Shown here in pieces: positions 39,682-54,059 of a stretch of 64,000 nucleotides of DNA. Positions within the stretch are counted from its first letter, which is position 1. Each line of letters opens with the position of its first letter. The stretch spans positions 591,374-655,373 of the forward strand of contig NW_027192207.1 in assembly GCF_041956535.1 (NCBI RefSeq), read 5' to 3'. The position numbers were made by a program, and so were the translations under genes. Below the pieces are notes generated by a model that did not search any database, was not told where the DNA came from, and was given only the letters and a program-made list of their open reading frames with translations. The stretch is from Calcarisporiella thermophila CBS 279.70. Taxonomy: Eukaryota; Fungi; Calcarisporiellomycota.

Positions 39682-41998
39682 TTAAGTCAATTTTGAAAAA
39701 ATGGTTATCTTTGAATCAGAGTCTTTTTCTTGTTTCTCTCTTGCCTTAGCTTTGATACCTTCAATAATCTCTTTTACAGCGGTTCGATCGAGATCATCTC
39801 GTTTAGAAAGTAGCTCTTCCACATAAGACACTGGAACATCCGGGTATGATTTACGAAGTGCGTAATAGTCTAGATAGATCATTTTTCGCGAACTGCCTAC
39901 AAGGGTGTATACTTTCTCAATCGCATCAAAATGTGGCTCCAGCTCTCGTGCTGGGAGATATTGCGCGAAGAAGTTGAAAGCTGCCCTTACGTCGCTTTTA
40001 ATACGGTCCAAACAGGTCGGCATTCTGAGTTTAGCTTGCTTGCCACGCATCGCTTCAAGGTATGTTATGAGAAACCGTTCTAAAATTCTATCTGTTAGCT
40101 TTCCGAAAAGATACTCGTTCATATGCCTCCGAAAATCATTAAAATAATCTTTGAGAGTTTCCACTACTAAGAGCATTAGTTCTTCCTCGTACCACCGTTT
40201 CGCGAACAGTTGTCCAGATACCGGCTTGATATCATTGAAAACGACATCGATTAATAAGCCGATTGCCAATTGTGCCACCTCAAGGAAACCATCCATTGAT
40301 GCATTAAGTTTATCTTCAATCTGCTCCAAATACGATCTGTCAAGCATTGGGTGAAGGCGTTTCAAAATGGCTTCAGAGAAATCAGCACTTCGCACTTGGT
40401 CGTTCGCGAGTGCAATTGCATAATCAACAAATCCTGGAACTTGAGCGTCCTTAGGAAGTTCGATTAGTTTTCGATATTCGGATTGCAGAAGCTCCTTCCA
40501 TAGTTTCTGGCTCTGGGTCATTGCTTCCTGACACTCGTTCACTATCTTGAAAAGTAGCGGCCCTTGATTTGATTCAGATACAATGTCAATTTGTTGATTT
40601 ACCATCTGGAACATAATAACAGAGCCCTGCATTGTGTAGCGGCCATCTGTATCCACTTCTGGTGAATTTTTACGCTCTGTGAACTCAGAAGTCTCTGTGT
40701 TCATCAGATTGGTTATCCATTCATCCAACTTCTGTCGTACTAATTTAACATAGTCATCGAGCAAATCGCCATCCTTGCCATCAAGTAGACGAGGTTCAAG
40801 TAGTTCTTCTGTCACCCCAAGTTGTACGTTCATTGTATCGTAATATTCCCGGACCCACTGCAATATCCGCAAAACCACGCCTCCTTCCGGATCTTGCTGA
40901 AGGATTCGACCAAGCATGTCATGGGCGTGGCGGTGGTATTCAAGTACGAAAAACGGAAATATCTTATATTTTTTAGGAAACCGAGGAACAAGCTCATCAA
41001 ACACTAGTGCGAGATCTTCAAATATGAAGCCAGTATCATCGAGAGCACCCGCTAAGTCATCCCGGTGCTTTTCAAAGTGGACTTCAAACTTTTCAGAGAG
41101 AGATTCATGCAATGTGTCGAAAAACTGTACACGATATGACTTAATTGTGCGTGGGCTGCCTTGGGAGAAGCTCCACTTTACGCCCGTGGCTGATGCGAGT
41201 TTTTCATTTTCAAAGCGTGTTCTTTCAGTAGCTTGAGCTTTTTCATCAGCATTCTCTTCTATTTCGATTATCTTTGCAAGACATACTATAGTATTGTGTT
41301 GTTGATTTCTAGCAAGTTCTAGGAGGTTACGCGTAAGATTCCAGATATGTCGAGTAAAATCTTTGGAGAATTCGTCTAATCGTCGAAAATATTGCTGAAG
41401 AGTTACAACTACTTCCTGCGAAGACGAAGCTCGAGCCCTATGCAGAGTCATGTCGCGAAATTCTTCGAGTTTGAATAATTGTTCATGAATAATGAGTAAG
41501 TCCTCTGTGGACTTAAGCGGATCACTTCGCTCCCTATCGAAAAGTGTTTGTATCTTGTCCATCTTCAGATAGAATTCTTGTAGGCTTTGGGCTACTTCCT
41601 GCGTAGCGGCAAAATTTTGATGAATGCGAGAAATCTATTTTTAAAGCTGAGATATAATTCAGGATAAAGATCTAAAAGACGTGGTAAGTTACCTGATTTA
41701 TCTGAGGGTAATTCTTGATCATTCTCTGAGTCTCAACACAAATGCGATCAATCATCTGCATGTTCTTTCTAATTTTTCGCATTTGGTCTGATGATGTATC
41801 TAGTACTTCAAGAGATTTTTGGGTGCTGTCGACATGTGATTGCACGCCCGCTTTTAATTGCGCATCGATCGACACCTTTTCTTTTGCAAATCTAGATCGA
41901 AGTGCCGTTAGCTTCGTGTTGAGATCATCAGGATGTCTTAGCAATTCTGCCAATCTATTGGCAGCCGCCTCCGTAGCCTCTATTGTTTCAGTTTCCAT
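39682..41998 (-). CDS. SEC6: Exocyst subunit Sec6/EXOC3 (2 exons)
   Basis: LAELLRHPDDL, IFPFFVLEYH, MFQMVNQQI, ALANDQ, LSKRDDLDR. Confidence 0.95.
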
Positions 41999-42086
41999 TG
42001 CATTCCATCTCTCTTAAAATATAGCTCAGCTTTAGAGATTTCTGGTTTTATGAACTGTGCCACTTTTTTCCGTGCAGCTTTGGATT

Positions 42087-42440
42087 ATGTCAAATACCAA
42101 TAAAAAGGTAAGTGATAATATATATAAAATTTGAAATGATACTAAAAACATTTTCATTCTTTTCTATGTAAAATAGCAAATAACCGTGCTCTATTTTGCA
42201 GCAGCTCGTGATGCCACGGGACACAGCACTGAACCTATTGAGCTATCAATTCTAGGAGAGTCGCCAAATCTGGGCTCACTTAATGATCATCTCATTTCAA
42301 AGCATCCACTATTAAAACCAATCCTTGACAACTGTGTTTACGCTATAAACATGGAGTACATAGACAAGAAGGATGTTACTGAGAAGCAGCTGACGCCAGG
42401 GGATGAAATAGCCGTAATTCCTCCTGTTAGCGGCGGTTAA
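42087..42440 (+). CDS. MOCS2A: Molybdopterin synthase sulfur-carrier subunit (MoaD/MOCS2A)
   Basis: ITVLYFAAARD, AINMEY, GDEIAVIPPVSGG C-terminus. Confidence 0.93.
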
Positions 42441-42767
42441 CTTTAATATTAGATCTAATTAAGATTTGATATGCTACATTCTGGTTGCATTAATTTTTTT
42501 ACTACTATGTAATCGAAGATTAGAGACGGCACGAGTTTGTCTTACAGCTCATACTGTAGAGTATAAGCTGTTTTTATAAAAGATTTTAATTCTAAACACA
42601 TGTGTAGATATTCGCGACTCGAAATAATCTACTCACTCAAAATTAAAGAAAGTGGCTGAAATACTCTGAAATTTGTGACTTGAACTTTCGACAACAAAAT
42701 TTGCCGGGAGAAGCGTAAGAATGAACCTCCTCTTTTCCCATCCCACGGAAGCTTCGTTGAATTCATC

Positions 42768-43554
42768 ATGGTAAGTATAACAGATACTTAGCCAAACTTC
42801 GGGTTAATGAACACTAGGATGGATGAATGAAAGGATAAACACATATCTGTGTTGGGGAATAGATTAGAATGGATGGATTGATATGAAAGAGATTTTATGA
42901 TCAATTATGCATTTTTAAGATGTAACTAATTGATCTATTACTAATTTGAACAGAGCACCGAAGACAAGAAGACTACTACCAGCAACCCTATGAAGGAGTT
43001 GCGGATTGAGAAGCTTGTCCTCAACATCTGTGTTGGCGAATCTGGTGACCGTTTGACCCGTGCTGCTAAGGTGCTCGAGCAGCTGACTGGCCAGCAGCCC
43101 GTATATTCTAAAGCTCGCTACACAGTTCGCACGTTCGGCATTCGTCGCAATGAAAAGATTGCTGTTCATGTGACTGTACGCGGTCCTAAAGCTGAGGAAA
43201 TTCTGGAACGCGGACTGAAAGTAAAGGAGTATGAGTTGCGCAACCGCAATTTCTCCGGTACTGGAAACTTTGGCTTCGGTATTCAGGAGCATATTGACTT
43301 GGGTATTAAATATGATCCATCAATTGGTATCTACGGTATGGACTTCTATGTCGTTATGGGCCGCCCTGGCCTTCGCGTCAGCCGGCGTAAGCGCTGTGTC
43401 CAGAAGATTGGTTTCCAGCACCGCGTCACGAAAGATGAGACCATCAAATGGTTCAAGCAACGGGTAAATATTATACTCTTATTTGCTCTTTCATGATATA
43501 CTTCTAATTTCTTTAAATCCTATCTAGTTTGACGGTATTGTTCTTAATAAGTAA
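42768..43554 (+). CDS. RPL11: 60S ribosomal protein uL5
   Basis: [50 protein letters not shown]. Confidence 0.98.
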
Positions 43555-43757
43555 AAATATCACTCTTCCATCCTTTTGTCCTACTCCAAGCTGCCTTTTT
43601 CTTCCTCTGCTGTTTCATGTAAACCAGTGAAAATAAAGAATAATCTAGAACACAACATATCAATTTCATATGCTAAAACAATTATTCAGGACAAAATCGA
43701 TTATAAAAATCGAAAAAGTCATCGAAACCTTATATTGGCACAATTCCTTCTGTAACT

Positions 43758-45669
43758 ATGGTGCAAGAACTAGAGGTTAAAGATGATTCCATTTTGCTTA
43801 GTTACATGCTAAAGCGGATGCAAGAGATTATTCCGGAATGTAAGTCATGTGTTCCGATAACTGATAAAGCTTAAAGAAATATAATTCCACGTAAACAGAT
43901 GTAAACAATGGTCGAAATAGAACAAAGCCTGTTATAGACTATCATAAACCCGAAGAGCTCAAAAAGCTTATTGACCTTCATTTGCCCGATAATGGAATGG
44001 GAATCGAAGGTAGGCTCCATTACGAAGAGTATAGTTGATTACTAAGCAAAACTATAATATGATTCCCAGATTGTATGGATATTGTTGAGTTGGCTCTACA
44101 ATATAATCCCAACTCATGGAATCCCGCTTTTCTCGATAAGCTATATTCCGGCACGAATCCGATTGGAGTTATATCAGAATTACTGCTAGGAGTTAGTAAT
44201 GCAAATGCTCACGTCTACCATGTCTCCCCTGTTTTTACCCTTATGGAGATGGAGGTGACGAGAAATTTAGCTCATTTGTTTGGTCTAGGCGAGGTGAGCC
44301 TATAAAATGTCGAATAACATACAATTTCAATAATGTCATTTGTTTCAACCAAAGTCTGCTGGCGGTATTTTTTGTCCCGGTGGGTCTGCGTCAAATCAAC
44401 TTGCATTAATAACGGCCCGAAACTATCTTTTTCCGTGCATCAAGGATAAGGGCTATTTTCCGAAGCCGTATTTTCCGAACTCAAGATATGGACGCTTAGT
44501 GGCTTTTACGTCTGCGCATGGCCACTACAGCATTGTAAAGGCAGCGGTGATGATGGGGCTTGGAAAAGAAAGCGTGGTTGCCGTTCCTGTAGATCCTTTA
44601 ACGGGGAAAATGGATGCTGCAGAGCTCGGTGAGTTATACGAGATGTCATACCTGAAGATAGACTGTGCCACTCACACTTGCTGGCTGTTTGGTTAGAACG
44701 CTTGATAAAAGAGTCCATTAAGCGAAATGAAACGCCGTTTTTTGTCAATGCTACCTCGGGGACAACGGTTTTGGTAATTTCTGAGCCTATCGCCTCGGTA
44801 TTTTCATTTCCTAACTTAATTTAAAATAGGGCGCATTTGACCCGCTAAGAAGTATCTCATCAGTTTGCAAGAAATATGGCTGTTGGCTACATGTGGATGG
44901 TTCGTGGGGAGGTAGCGTCATCTTTTCTCCGAAACATAAGCATTTACTTGACGGATCAGAGCTAGTAAAACCCCTTAACTTGTAGATGCTCGTTCACGCG
45001 TTAACTGTGTGCTTTTGATTATAGGCTGATTCTATCACAATTAATGCTCATAAGCTACTTGGGGTCCCTCTTCAATGTTCCTGCGTAATTGCTAGGGATC
45101 GACAAATATTTTCGGCATCGAATTCTTTAAATGCAGAGTATCTGTTTCATGGCAATAGTTACGACTTGGGGGATGGTACTATCGGCTGCGGTAGAAGACC
45201 AGATGCGGTGAAATTTTTCCTAAGCTGGCGTTTTTATGGCAGCAACGGGTTTGCTGAACGCATAGAATTGGCTTTCACTCGGGCTCGCTATCTAAGCCAT
45301 CTTATCGAAAAAGCAGAACCGCAAGGCTTCTGCCTTGTAACGCAGCCACAGAGTCTTCAAGTATGCTTCTGGTATATACCCCCCCAACTGCAACTCCCTT
45401 CTGGCTTCGAGAAAATCGATCGAGCAAAATGGTCTTTTATTCTTACCCAGCTCACATGTGAAATCCATAGACGAATCCGACACTTTGGAGAGTTTATGAT
45501 AGACTATTCCCCGCTTCCACCACCTGCAGAGATTCCACCATTTTTCCGAGTAGTTATTAATCAGCCAAGTGTAACGGAGATCGTATTGGAAACTCTCGTC
45601 GAGCATATAAAACTAGTCGGCGATAACCTTGGAGAGCCTTTTTATGAGAAACTGCGGCATGATATATAA
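43758..45669 (+). CDS. Group II PLP-dependent decarboxylase, GAD/CSAD/GADL1-like
   Basis: HVYHVSPVFTLME, GIFCPGGSASN, HYSIVKAA, ATSGTTVLGAFDPL, WLHVDGSWGG, NAHK (PLP lysine), GCGRRPDAVK. Confidence 0.9.
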
Positions 45670-46303
45670 TTTATTTATTTCAATATTTATTATTTATTTA
45701 TTTAAGTGTAGATTATCCACTGATATTTTATAGATAGACATATTCAATATACTGTTAGAATAGCTTTATCTTTAAGTGCTACGCTTGAATCTGGTTCATG
45801 ATTATTTTGTCCAATATAAATCTATTTAAGTACGCAAAATGTATCACATGAAGCTATAGCCTATACTTTTTAGCCTATATTATGAATTTATATGAGTTAT
45901 TAGCAAAACATGTGGTTACTTCACTTCCCTCTTACTCTTTCGGCACCATATTTCCAAGTGCTTTCACAATTCAACTAGAATAATATTGAATAGAGGTTCA
46001 TATCTCTTTTATTCGACTGCAGTAACTTACATGTAATATAAAGGGAAGTTTTCTATATATTACAAATAATGTAGTAGTTTCTTCAATTTCCAATTGTCCT
46101 TCAAATAATGCACCGAAAAAGCTCTATCTCCCTGCATAAAATCTCACTATCTAATAGTCAGTCTTTAAGGATCAGGGATAGATTCGAATTCTTGAGTTAT
46201 AGGTGGCATTTTCCAAAATATTACCAGTTTCTTTTGCAAGTCACGGTCTCGATTTTCCTATATAGCTAATTAAGACGCGTTTTTAACTCGAATTGCATTT
46301 GAA

Positions 46304-49300
46304 ATGGAAGAGAGAGGTATAGAATACAATAATGTTTGCTATTGCCAACACCTTACTTAACTTACTTCTATATAGTTCTTAACGAGATTGTTCAAGCAAT
46401 AAATGTTATATATGATCCAACCACTTCGTCAAATGCGCGCAAATCAGCTTATGAAGTTTGTTTCTCTGAGGCAATACGCTAGGTATTTAAAGATCTTATA
46501 TACTTATGTCTTTATATCAATAGTTTTGCGAACGATTAAAATCTGATCCGGGATGCCTGATCTACGCACAAAATCTCGCCCATAAGTCCTCACTGCAGCC
46601 TGATACAGTTCGCCACTTTGCCTTAGGTTTATTAGAGGATACTGTGCGAATTCAATGGAATTCTCCCTCTTTTGACCAGCATGCTAGAGATAACTTGAGA
46701 AATATTATTAGCTTGCTGGCTTTGGAGGTAATTACTTATCAAACTTCTCAGGAATTAAAGTTGCTTATTTTATTCCATAATTTAGGGAACTAAAGATATT
46801 TTAGAAGAGAAGCAATATATTAAAGAAAAGCTTGCAAAACTTTTTTCAGAAGTGGCTAAACGTGAGTGGCCTTCTTCCTGGGAGTCAATGGATATCCAAC
46901 TACAAGAAATGGCAGCGAAAGGGGTAAGTTATTGAAGCCTTTTGTTCAGTGAGATCATAGATTGATGGTCGTATATCTTTACAGCCAACCACACAAGAAT
47001 TGTCCTTGATAGTATATCGTTTGCTAGCAGAGGATATATTCTTATACGATAGTGCTATTAGCGATTCACGTAAAAAGGATCTCCAGCGGGCGATGATCAC
47101 TGCAGTAGTGAGCGCAAAAGTATTGGAGTCAGAATATCCAGAGGGAGTGAAAATATCCGGCGAGAGCGAACTAACTTTGATGCGAGGAGTCCCTGGTAAT
47201 GAAGGCTGGCTCGCTCGATGGACTTCGATGCTGCAGTCGTATTGTAATATCCTTGAAAATGTAATTTATACCTGCATTTTAGGCAAATATTCGCTTTCTA
47301 CTTATTGAGCTTGTATATCAAATAACTGTATAGAATAACTCAGTGGCTGAAAAGCTCGCTATTGCCATATTGAAAACACTGGCTGCCCATTTAAGCTGGA
47401 TAATTCCAAAGTAAGATTACTATCGTAATATAAATGTCAGTTGTCTATAATTATACTTGGCAATTCAAACAGGTCAATCGTCGAAGTGGGAATATTACAA
47501 ATATTGCTTCAGCTCCTATTATCGCCATCGCTAGCTATTCGCAAAGTATTTATTTCACTGCCGGCGTTCTTTTATTTTATTGTAGTTTCAATCTTTTTTT
47601 AAATTTAGGGTGCAAGCGAGTGTCTCGTTATCTTGTTTTCACGGAATTTCTACAAGGATGATGACAGGGCATCAGTATTTGAACCACTGTTAAAAGGAAA
47701 TGGATTAGATTACATCTTTAAAGCGCTCGCATTATTGCAATCCACCGAAGATATGTTGGAAGAAGATGCCTATGAAATCATGAAACTACTTGTCCAAGTA
47801 AGAATTTTAGTTCAATACTTTTATTTATTCTGTTTATTTATTTTTTAATTATAGGCTATAGTATATTTTGGAGTTGATCAGCTATGCACTAAGAAGATAA
47901 CTTCGCAGATGCCGGAGCAGTTTCCAAAGTGATTCATCTTTATATACTGGCTGAATATTTTGAGTTAATACCTAATATACTGCCATACTATTAGATATCT
48001 CGAACTCCTTTATACAATTTCAAGGCACAACTCTGTTTTTGTATCCTTGCAGGCTTCAATATTTTGGTTGACAGCTTTCAAACACGAGCAGATAGCACCG
48101 GTAATATTAAATGATAGGTTTAAGTTTTGAAATTTAACTTGATATATATTTTAACACTTTAGAATCTCTTCAATTTTATTCCAACAATCTTTGATTTATG
48201 TGGAGAAGTTTTAGAGCGCTTCTATCGGCCTGCAGAAGAATCTCCCCAGATGACTTATGCTCTTATGGACTATGATTCAACTGAGGAAGCGCGAGATGAG
48301 TTTAATAAAATCAAAAAACGCATCGTGGAGCTTATTAAGCAGATGTCACAAGTAATGGTAAGGTGTTAAGATTTGTGGTATTTTTTTATAAATTAATTCA
48401 TTATATTGTATTCTTGTAGCCAACTAGTTGCATAGATTTAGCAGTAAACCGAATTCAAAAAACCAGTGCAAACGGTATACTTCACGAAATGATTCTTTTC
48501 GTTATTATATGCTAAAACTTTGATTTACGCTTAATATCTGCAGAAGAAGCCCTTAGCATCAGCTGGGTTTTGTTAGAGCCGGTTATAGTTGGCGCATGTA
48601 ATAGTTTAAGTCAAACCGATTCCAAACAAAGTAAAGAAAGGGTACTGAATTATCTTAAGGAACGTGTTAAAATTTTATACTGAATGAGGTTTTCTGTTTT
48701 TTCTTTAGGTTTATTCCTCGATGGAACAACTACTGTATTTTGTTATTGGCTATGAAAATGAAGTAGGATAAACTCGGTTTATTTTTTGATATTAAACCAA
48801 AGCTAGGCCAGCGTTAATATTTTAAACGTTTTCAACTTTTCCAATCTTAGTACGTTGCTGTAAAAAAGCTTCAGCTTGCGTCCATTGTTAAATTCGGTAA
48901 ATTTTTGAGACAGGCTCAAAGTCTATTTTTTCCAACGTTGGAGAAGGTATGAATTACTCTTAAGTTGGTTGGAATATTTCAGGTGTTAATCAATCCTCTT
49001 TAGATATTTTCTATGATGACTTTTTGTCCAACGAGCAGTTCTGCAATGGATCCTACGCTTAGCCAAGTTACACCCTTACGCAATAAGGCAACATCTGTAC
49101 TAGTAGAACTCGGATCGCTGCTTCCTGATGCCCTAATGGTAAGCAACCATTTCTTAACGTCTGAAAATACAAATGAAAATATTAAAAATTCGCATTTTAA
49201 TAGAATGTTTTTAATGAAGTGTCAACTTCAATTGGAAATCTTATAACAAATAATCTAGTAACTGGTGATCAAAAAACACAGTTGCTTGTGTTCCTTTTGA

Positions 49301-51713
49301 AGATTAGGTAACGGCACCTATTAGTTTTATTCTTTTTTATAACTCGATTGGTGAAGTTTTTCTCGTATATTTACATGTAGTTTAGGATCTTCTATTCCGC
49401 AATCGCAGAAATGCAATATTTTTGAAAACATTGCTCTCCCAATTATAATGGACTGGAGTTCCACGCATATCAGCGAAATATTATCTCACCCAGAGAAATT
49501 TATTGAGCAAATGGGAATATGCCTCCTTATTTCAGCAGGTGATTTGACATGAAAATATGTTCAAAATTAAAGATAGAATATATTTTCATTTTGCAATTAT
49601 AGAAACTAACTTTGAAAACTCCGGGAAAGATCCCGCTGTTCTTCAAGCTAACGAATTTAAAACTGCCCTCATTTCGGCATTGGAGAAACGACAACAGGTA
49701 AATATGCTCTGTTGTAATATGGTCATTTTTTACTGACCGTTTGTTTGCGTAGCTTTCTTGGATCATTAGCACATTGTCAGAGCTGATCAAAAGATCAGTT
49801 GATATAGAAAATAATGAGGTATATAATTATTGATCATTATGTGTTTCCATATTGTCCATAACCGTACTTTTTTTTTCTCTTAAAGTTGAAAATTCAAGCC
49901 TCGAATCTTTGGGTTTCTCATATTGATCGCATTGTACCAAATGCCCTTGCACTGATACAGTAAATTACATTATATTGATTATGCAACCTCTATTTTTAAT
50001 AATTTTTTATAATTCTACAGAACATTACATACAATTTATGGCGATCCTCATCACAAGTGTCTTTCAATAGAACTATCAATCTATTTGAAGTCTCTCAACA
50101 GCAGGACTTTCGCTCGTATATCAGGTATAATGGATAGCTATTCTATTTCGTTAGATCCATTTTTATCGACTTATTCAAATCTGCATATATAAGACACACC
50201 ATCGCTCGATGGACTTCTTTTTAATCTGAGAAAATGGCTTAACATAATTCGAGAGGAGAGGTTATTTTTTCATTTTCATTCATTCGATTATTTAAAAAGT
50301 TAATATTACTTTATTTAATAGCTATGGCTTAATCTCAACACTTTGCCTTTTAAAAGGTCCTTTTTATAAACATTACGTAGAAACCGGAGCTGTTCATACA
50401 TCAATATTTTACTACGCTGAAGAAATGATAAATTTGCACTGGAGAAGACTAATTGATATCCTTTAATTTCCTATTACACCCGTTATTCCAATATCCATAC
50501 TATCCTTAACTTCATCTTTACCTCTAGCAATTCGTCCGCTTTTCACTGAATGTCCAAATGAACACGTCTTTAGCCTTACAGGTCATTTTATTCCAAATCT
50601 ATTGAAGTTCATGTCCGACAAACTTGCAAAGGAATGGGCTGCTTTATTAGAGCAAGGGGCGCAGCTTTCCTCTGAAAATGAGTAAGAAACAATTTTCCAA
50701 TTTCCAATCTTATGGTCAATTTTACTATTTCTATATATTAGATTGATGACCATTGAGGAGCTCTCTGGAAATAATCTATCTAATGAAATCATCCAAGAAA
50801 AGAACTTACGCGAGCTTACTCGCACCTATATTGATTTATTGGCTTCACTTTCTGATCCTCGTAAGTGACTTTCGTTTTACTAATTCCTAATTCTGGAAGA
50901 GACTGATTTTATTTTTCATTGCTGATTACAGAAAATAAAAATATCTTGCAGTCTACGATCCTTCTTTCCAAGGTAAGCAAAGTAACAAATATTGTATAAC
51001 ACGGATCATTCAACTTTTTACTTTCAATAGGATTTGAGAGATTTATTTATAAATAACCTTGGACAGCTAATTATTACCAAGGATAGTATTACGTGTCAGA
51101 AAGCCGTGCTTTTGGGTCAGAAAATTTTTCCTATTATTGCAGAGAATTCGGTGCATGATTATACTATAGTCAAGGAATTAATGGTCAAAGCGTTAGAGGT
51201 AAACCTATGGCTTGAAAATTTTACGAAATTCCATTACTCACCAGTTGACCTTTAGGCTCTTCATGACGGCTATCATCGTGACGACCAAACGACACTCATA
51301 TCTTTCATCACAGAAATTTATTTAAAATTTCGTCCTGTCTCATCTTTCCCGCTAGAAATTCTATCTAATCTACCTGGAATGACGGTTGAAAGATTGAATG
51401 TATTATTTTCATTTTATTGCGCAAAAGATACTGCTTATTAAAGAAATTGATTTTTTATTTTTTCTAGGCATTCGATCAAGATTTCTCTAAAGCGAAAAGT
51501 TCGAGAGAGCGCAAATCAATTATAAGGGATTTTCTGCATTATATTACGGGAAAGTCTGTAGGCGAATGGTTTAAACAAGAGTATCCCGTAATATACGAAA
51601 CATCAAGATCCCGATCCGGTCGAATTGAACGCCGCAAAGATATCCTGGACTCATTCTTAAGAAAGGAGGAAGAAAGCGATGAAGCTTCATTTATTTCTGA
51701 GCTTTTTGATTGA
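46304..51713 (+). CDS. MSN5: Exportin-5/Msn5 karyopherin (more than 20 introns)
   Basis: IYDP....ARKSAYEFCE.LK, VRHFALGLLE...R..W, YIKEKLAKLFSEVAKREWP..W, L.EDIF; ALHDGYH near the C-terminus. Confidence 0.85.
50456..50521 (+). other. U12-type AT-AC intron in exportin-5
   Basis: Donor ATATCCTTT, branch TCCTTAAC at 50503-50510, AC 11 nt later; read-through gives GAT ATC CTT TAA; splicing gives WRRLIALAIRPLFTECP. Confidence 0.9.
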
Positions 51714-51922
51714 ATTGACCGTCTTATAAATATCTTGTCTTTCCACAAGGTGATGAGTAGAAAACTAATAAAGGAGAAATAGGAGTATAAACTTAATACC
51801 ACTGGATAAAATTAGTGAATATTAAAGTGATCGAAATTTTCTAAATAATAAAAAAATATGTGGATTCAAGACAAACGAATATAAAAAAAATCATCCAATA
51901 TGAGAATAATCGTTGCATATTA

Positions 51923-54059
51923 TTAAGAAGAGATGCTTTCCGAGTTTTTGTTAGGCGCAGTACTTTCGTCAATAACAGCCTTTTTCAGTGTCTTCTCAAG
52001 CTCATTGATTTCCCGAACCGTATCTTCAGGTTCTATTGTAACAGGGAGGGAGTGGGTTTCAAATTCGTCGTCTGAAATATCATTCTCAAATCCAGTCAGC
52101 AAGGGGTCATTTTCGTAAGTAGGAAAAAGATATCTAAATAAAAGTATGATTAGTAATGGATTTACATAATCTTATTTTTTAAAATTACTTTGAGTCTTTC
52201 CAGAATTCGTGATCGTGGGAAGGGATTTTAGTAAAACACTCATTTTCTTTCATGTGGTGCGAGAGTTTGGCCAGATCTTCTGTCACTGTTCCACATGAAT
52301 AGCATTTGCTAATAGATGTCTGGTGGCGGATATAGTTGATAAGAGTTATAGTCTTGTAAAAATCTAGTTCTAGACAATAAAAATTAATTAAACTGCTATT
52401 CAGGAAAAACCTTTTAACTCATACCCAAATCCCTTCTAACTTTTTTAAGATCAAATCCATGAATTTCACTCATATGTCGACATGCTTCCTCGGGAGATGG
52501 CAAAACTACTTCATCAAAAAGGCACATTGTAGGCTCAGGATCAAGTGCTTCATCCCAATCCTCCCATGAGCTAAAAAAAATTATAAAATAGTTGCCAATG
52601 AAGTAAGTAATAGCTCAAAACAAAAAAAAAAAATACATAATATTTGAAAACTCACTCGTCACGGCGCTCTTCATCGCTTTCATATCGATCGTTTTCAAAA
52701 TTCTCCCAATTTTTGCCCGGTTCCTGGAAAAAAAAAGTTGAGAAAATAATTTACTCGTAAAGCACTGCAATATATTACCAAGTAATTAATAACATAGAAT
52801 TGATCGTAGAGACGATTCTTGGCCGCAATTTTAAAATGCTTCTTCTTTCGCATGTGCTTACGCAAAACCGCTGGCGTGGTAAAAATTTTTTCGCAATACA
52901 AGCATTGGAGGCTTTTGGAAAAAAATAACAGATATATTGTTAGCAGAATTATTTTTGATGTTAATAAAAAAAAATGACGTCAGTTAATATCATTCATATT
53001 CATACTATATTATTACCTAGTAAGCTTCTTCTCTAGCAAATTCAAAAACTCATTAACGTTTACAAGATTATCTGGGAGGCCAATGTTGAAGTTGTGCTCA
53101 GCGAACATATGACGAAAAAGATTAGGTCTATAAAAATAACAGAAATGTAAAAAGAAAGTTTTTGTAAAGAGCCAAAAAAAAATACCTGTTATCACAAATG
53201 TTTTTGCAAAATAAGCATTTGCGAGGCAAATTGCTGTCGTCGTGTCGTTCTTTTTCTTGGATTTTAAGTATTTCATTCTATAAATAAAATTTTAAAAATA
53301 CTTAGAGATGTTGCATTTAGTAATACCGCTTATTATTCAATAACCAGTTTTTCACGTTGTAATTTTTCTCTGAGTTCCTTGTCCTCCGTGCTATTTTCTG
53401 GGTCTATCTGATAAAGTGTATCTAAAGGAGAATGTCAATAAACTTATAAAGCCCTATTCATAAAAAACGCAATTACCTCCATTTTCTTGCACGTATTTTG
53501 TGGCATATTTTTCAATTCCATTCGCTGTAATAATTTGTGCCCAATTATCCAAATATTTGTCTAGAGTGATGTACATATGGTGTAGATCTTTGAACACAAT
53601 AGAATGTTGCTCTTTAAGATGTTTTGTGAGACTAGTCGTGTCGGTAATAGGAGCTTCAATAGAACAATTGCTAAAAGTGCAATGGACAAGACAAATGGTG
53701 TGATAAGGTGGCATTGTATCTTTGGATGCATTTTCAAAATCAGAAGAAGCAGTGGACGAACAAGAAGAGCATGATGCTGATCTTCGATGCTGAATAGGAG
53801 AAATAGGCGCGGTAATTCCTGTAGCTATTTCTTCTTGAGTTTTCTTATGGAGTTCGCTGCTAATACTAAATTTGCCAATAGAGTGTTTTCCCGTCGGGCG
53901 TCCTCTATTGCTGCTGCCACTTTCAACATGCTCCCGTGTATTGGACTTATTCAGCTGGTTACGAAAACGCCCGCGGGATCCGAATCCTTTGCGTCCTCCA
54001 GCGTTAGCATGGGCACCTTGTCGTGAATTTGAAACGGTTTGCCACTGCCCATCTGCCAT
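51923..54059 (-). CDS. ZNF277: Zinc finger protein 277-like
   Basis: CLFC...HMFAEHNFNIGLPDNLV, LQCLYCEKIF....LRKHMRKKKH, YDQFYVINYLEPGKNW, FYKTITLINYIR, YLFPTYENDPLL. Confidence 0.88.

Noticed and set aside
42087-42700. Bicistronic MOCS2A/MOCS2B arrangement as in animals
   Set aside because: No MoaE-like frame overlaps or follows; RPL11 comes next
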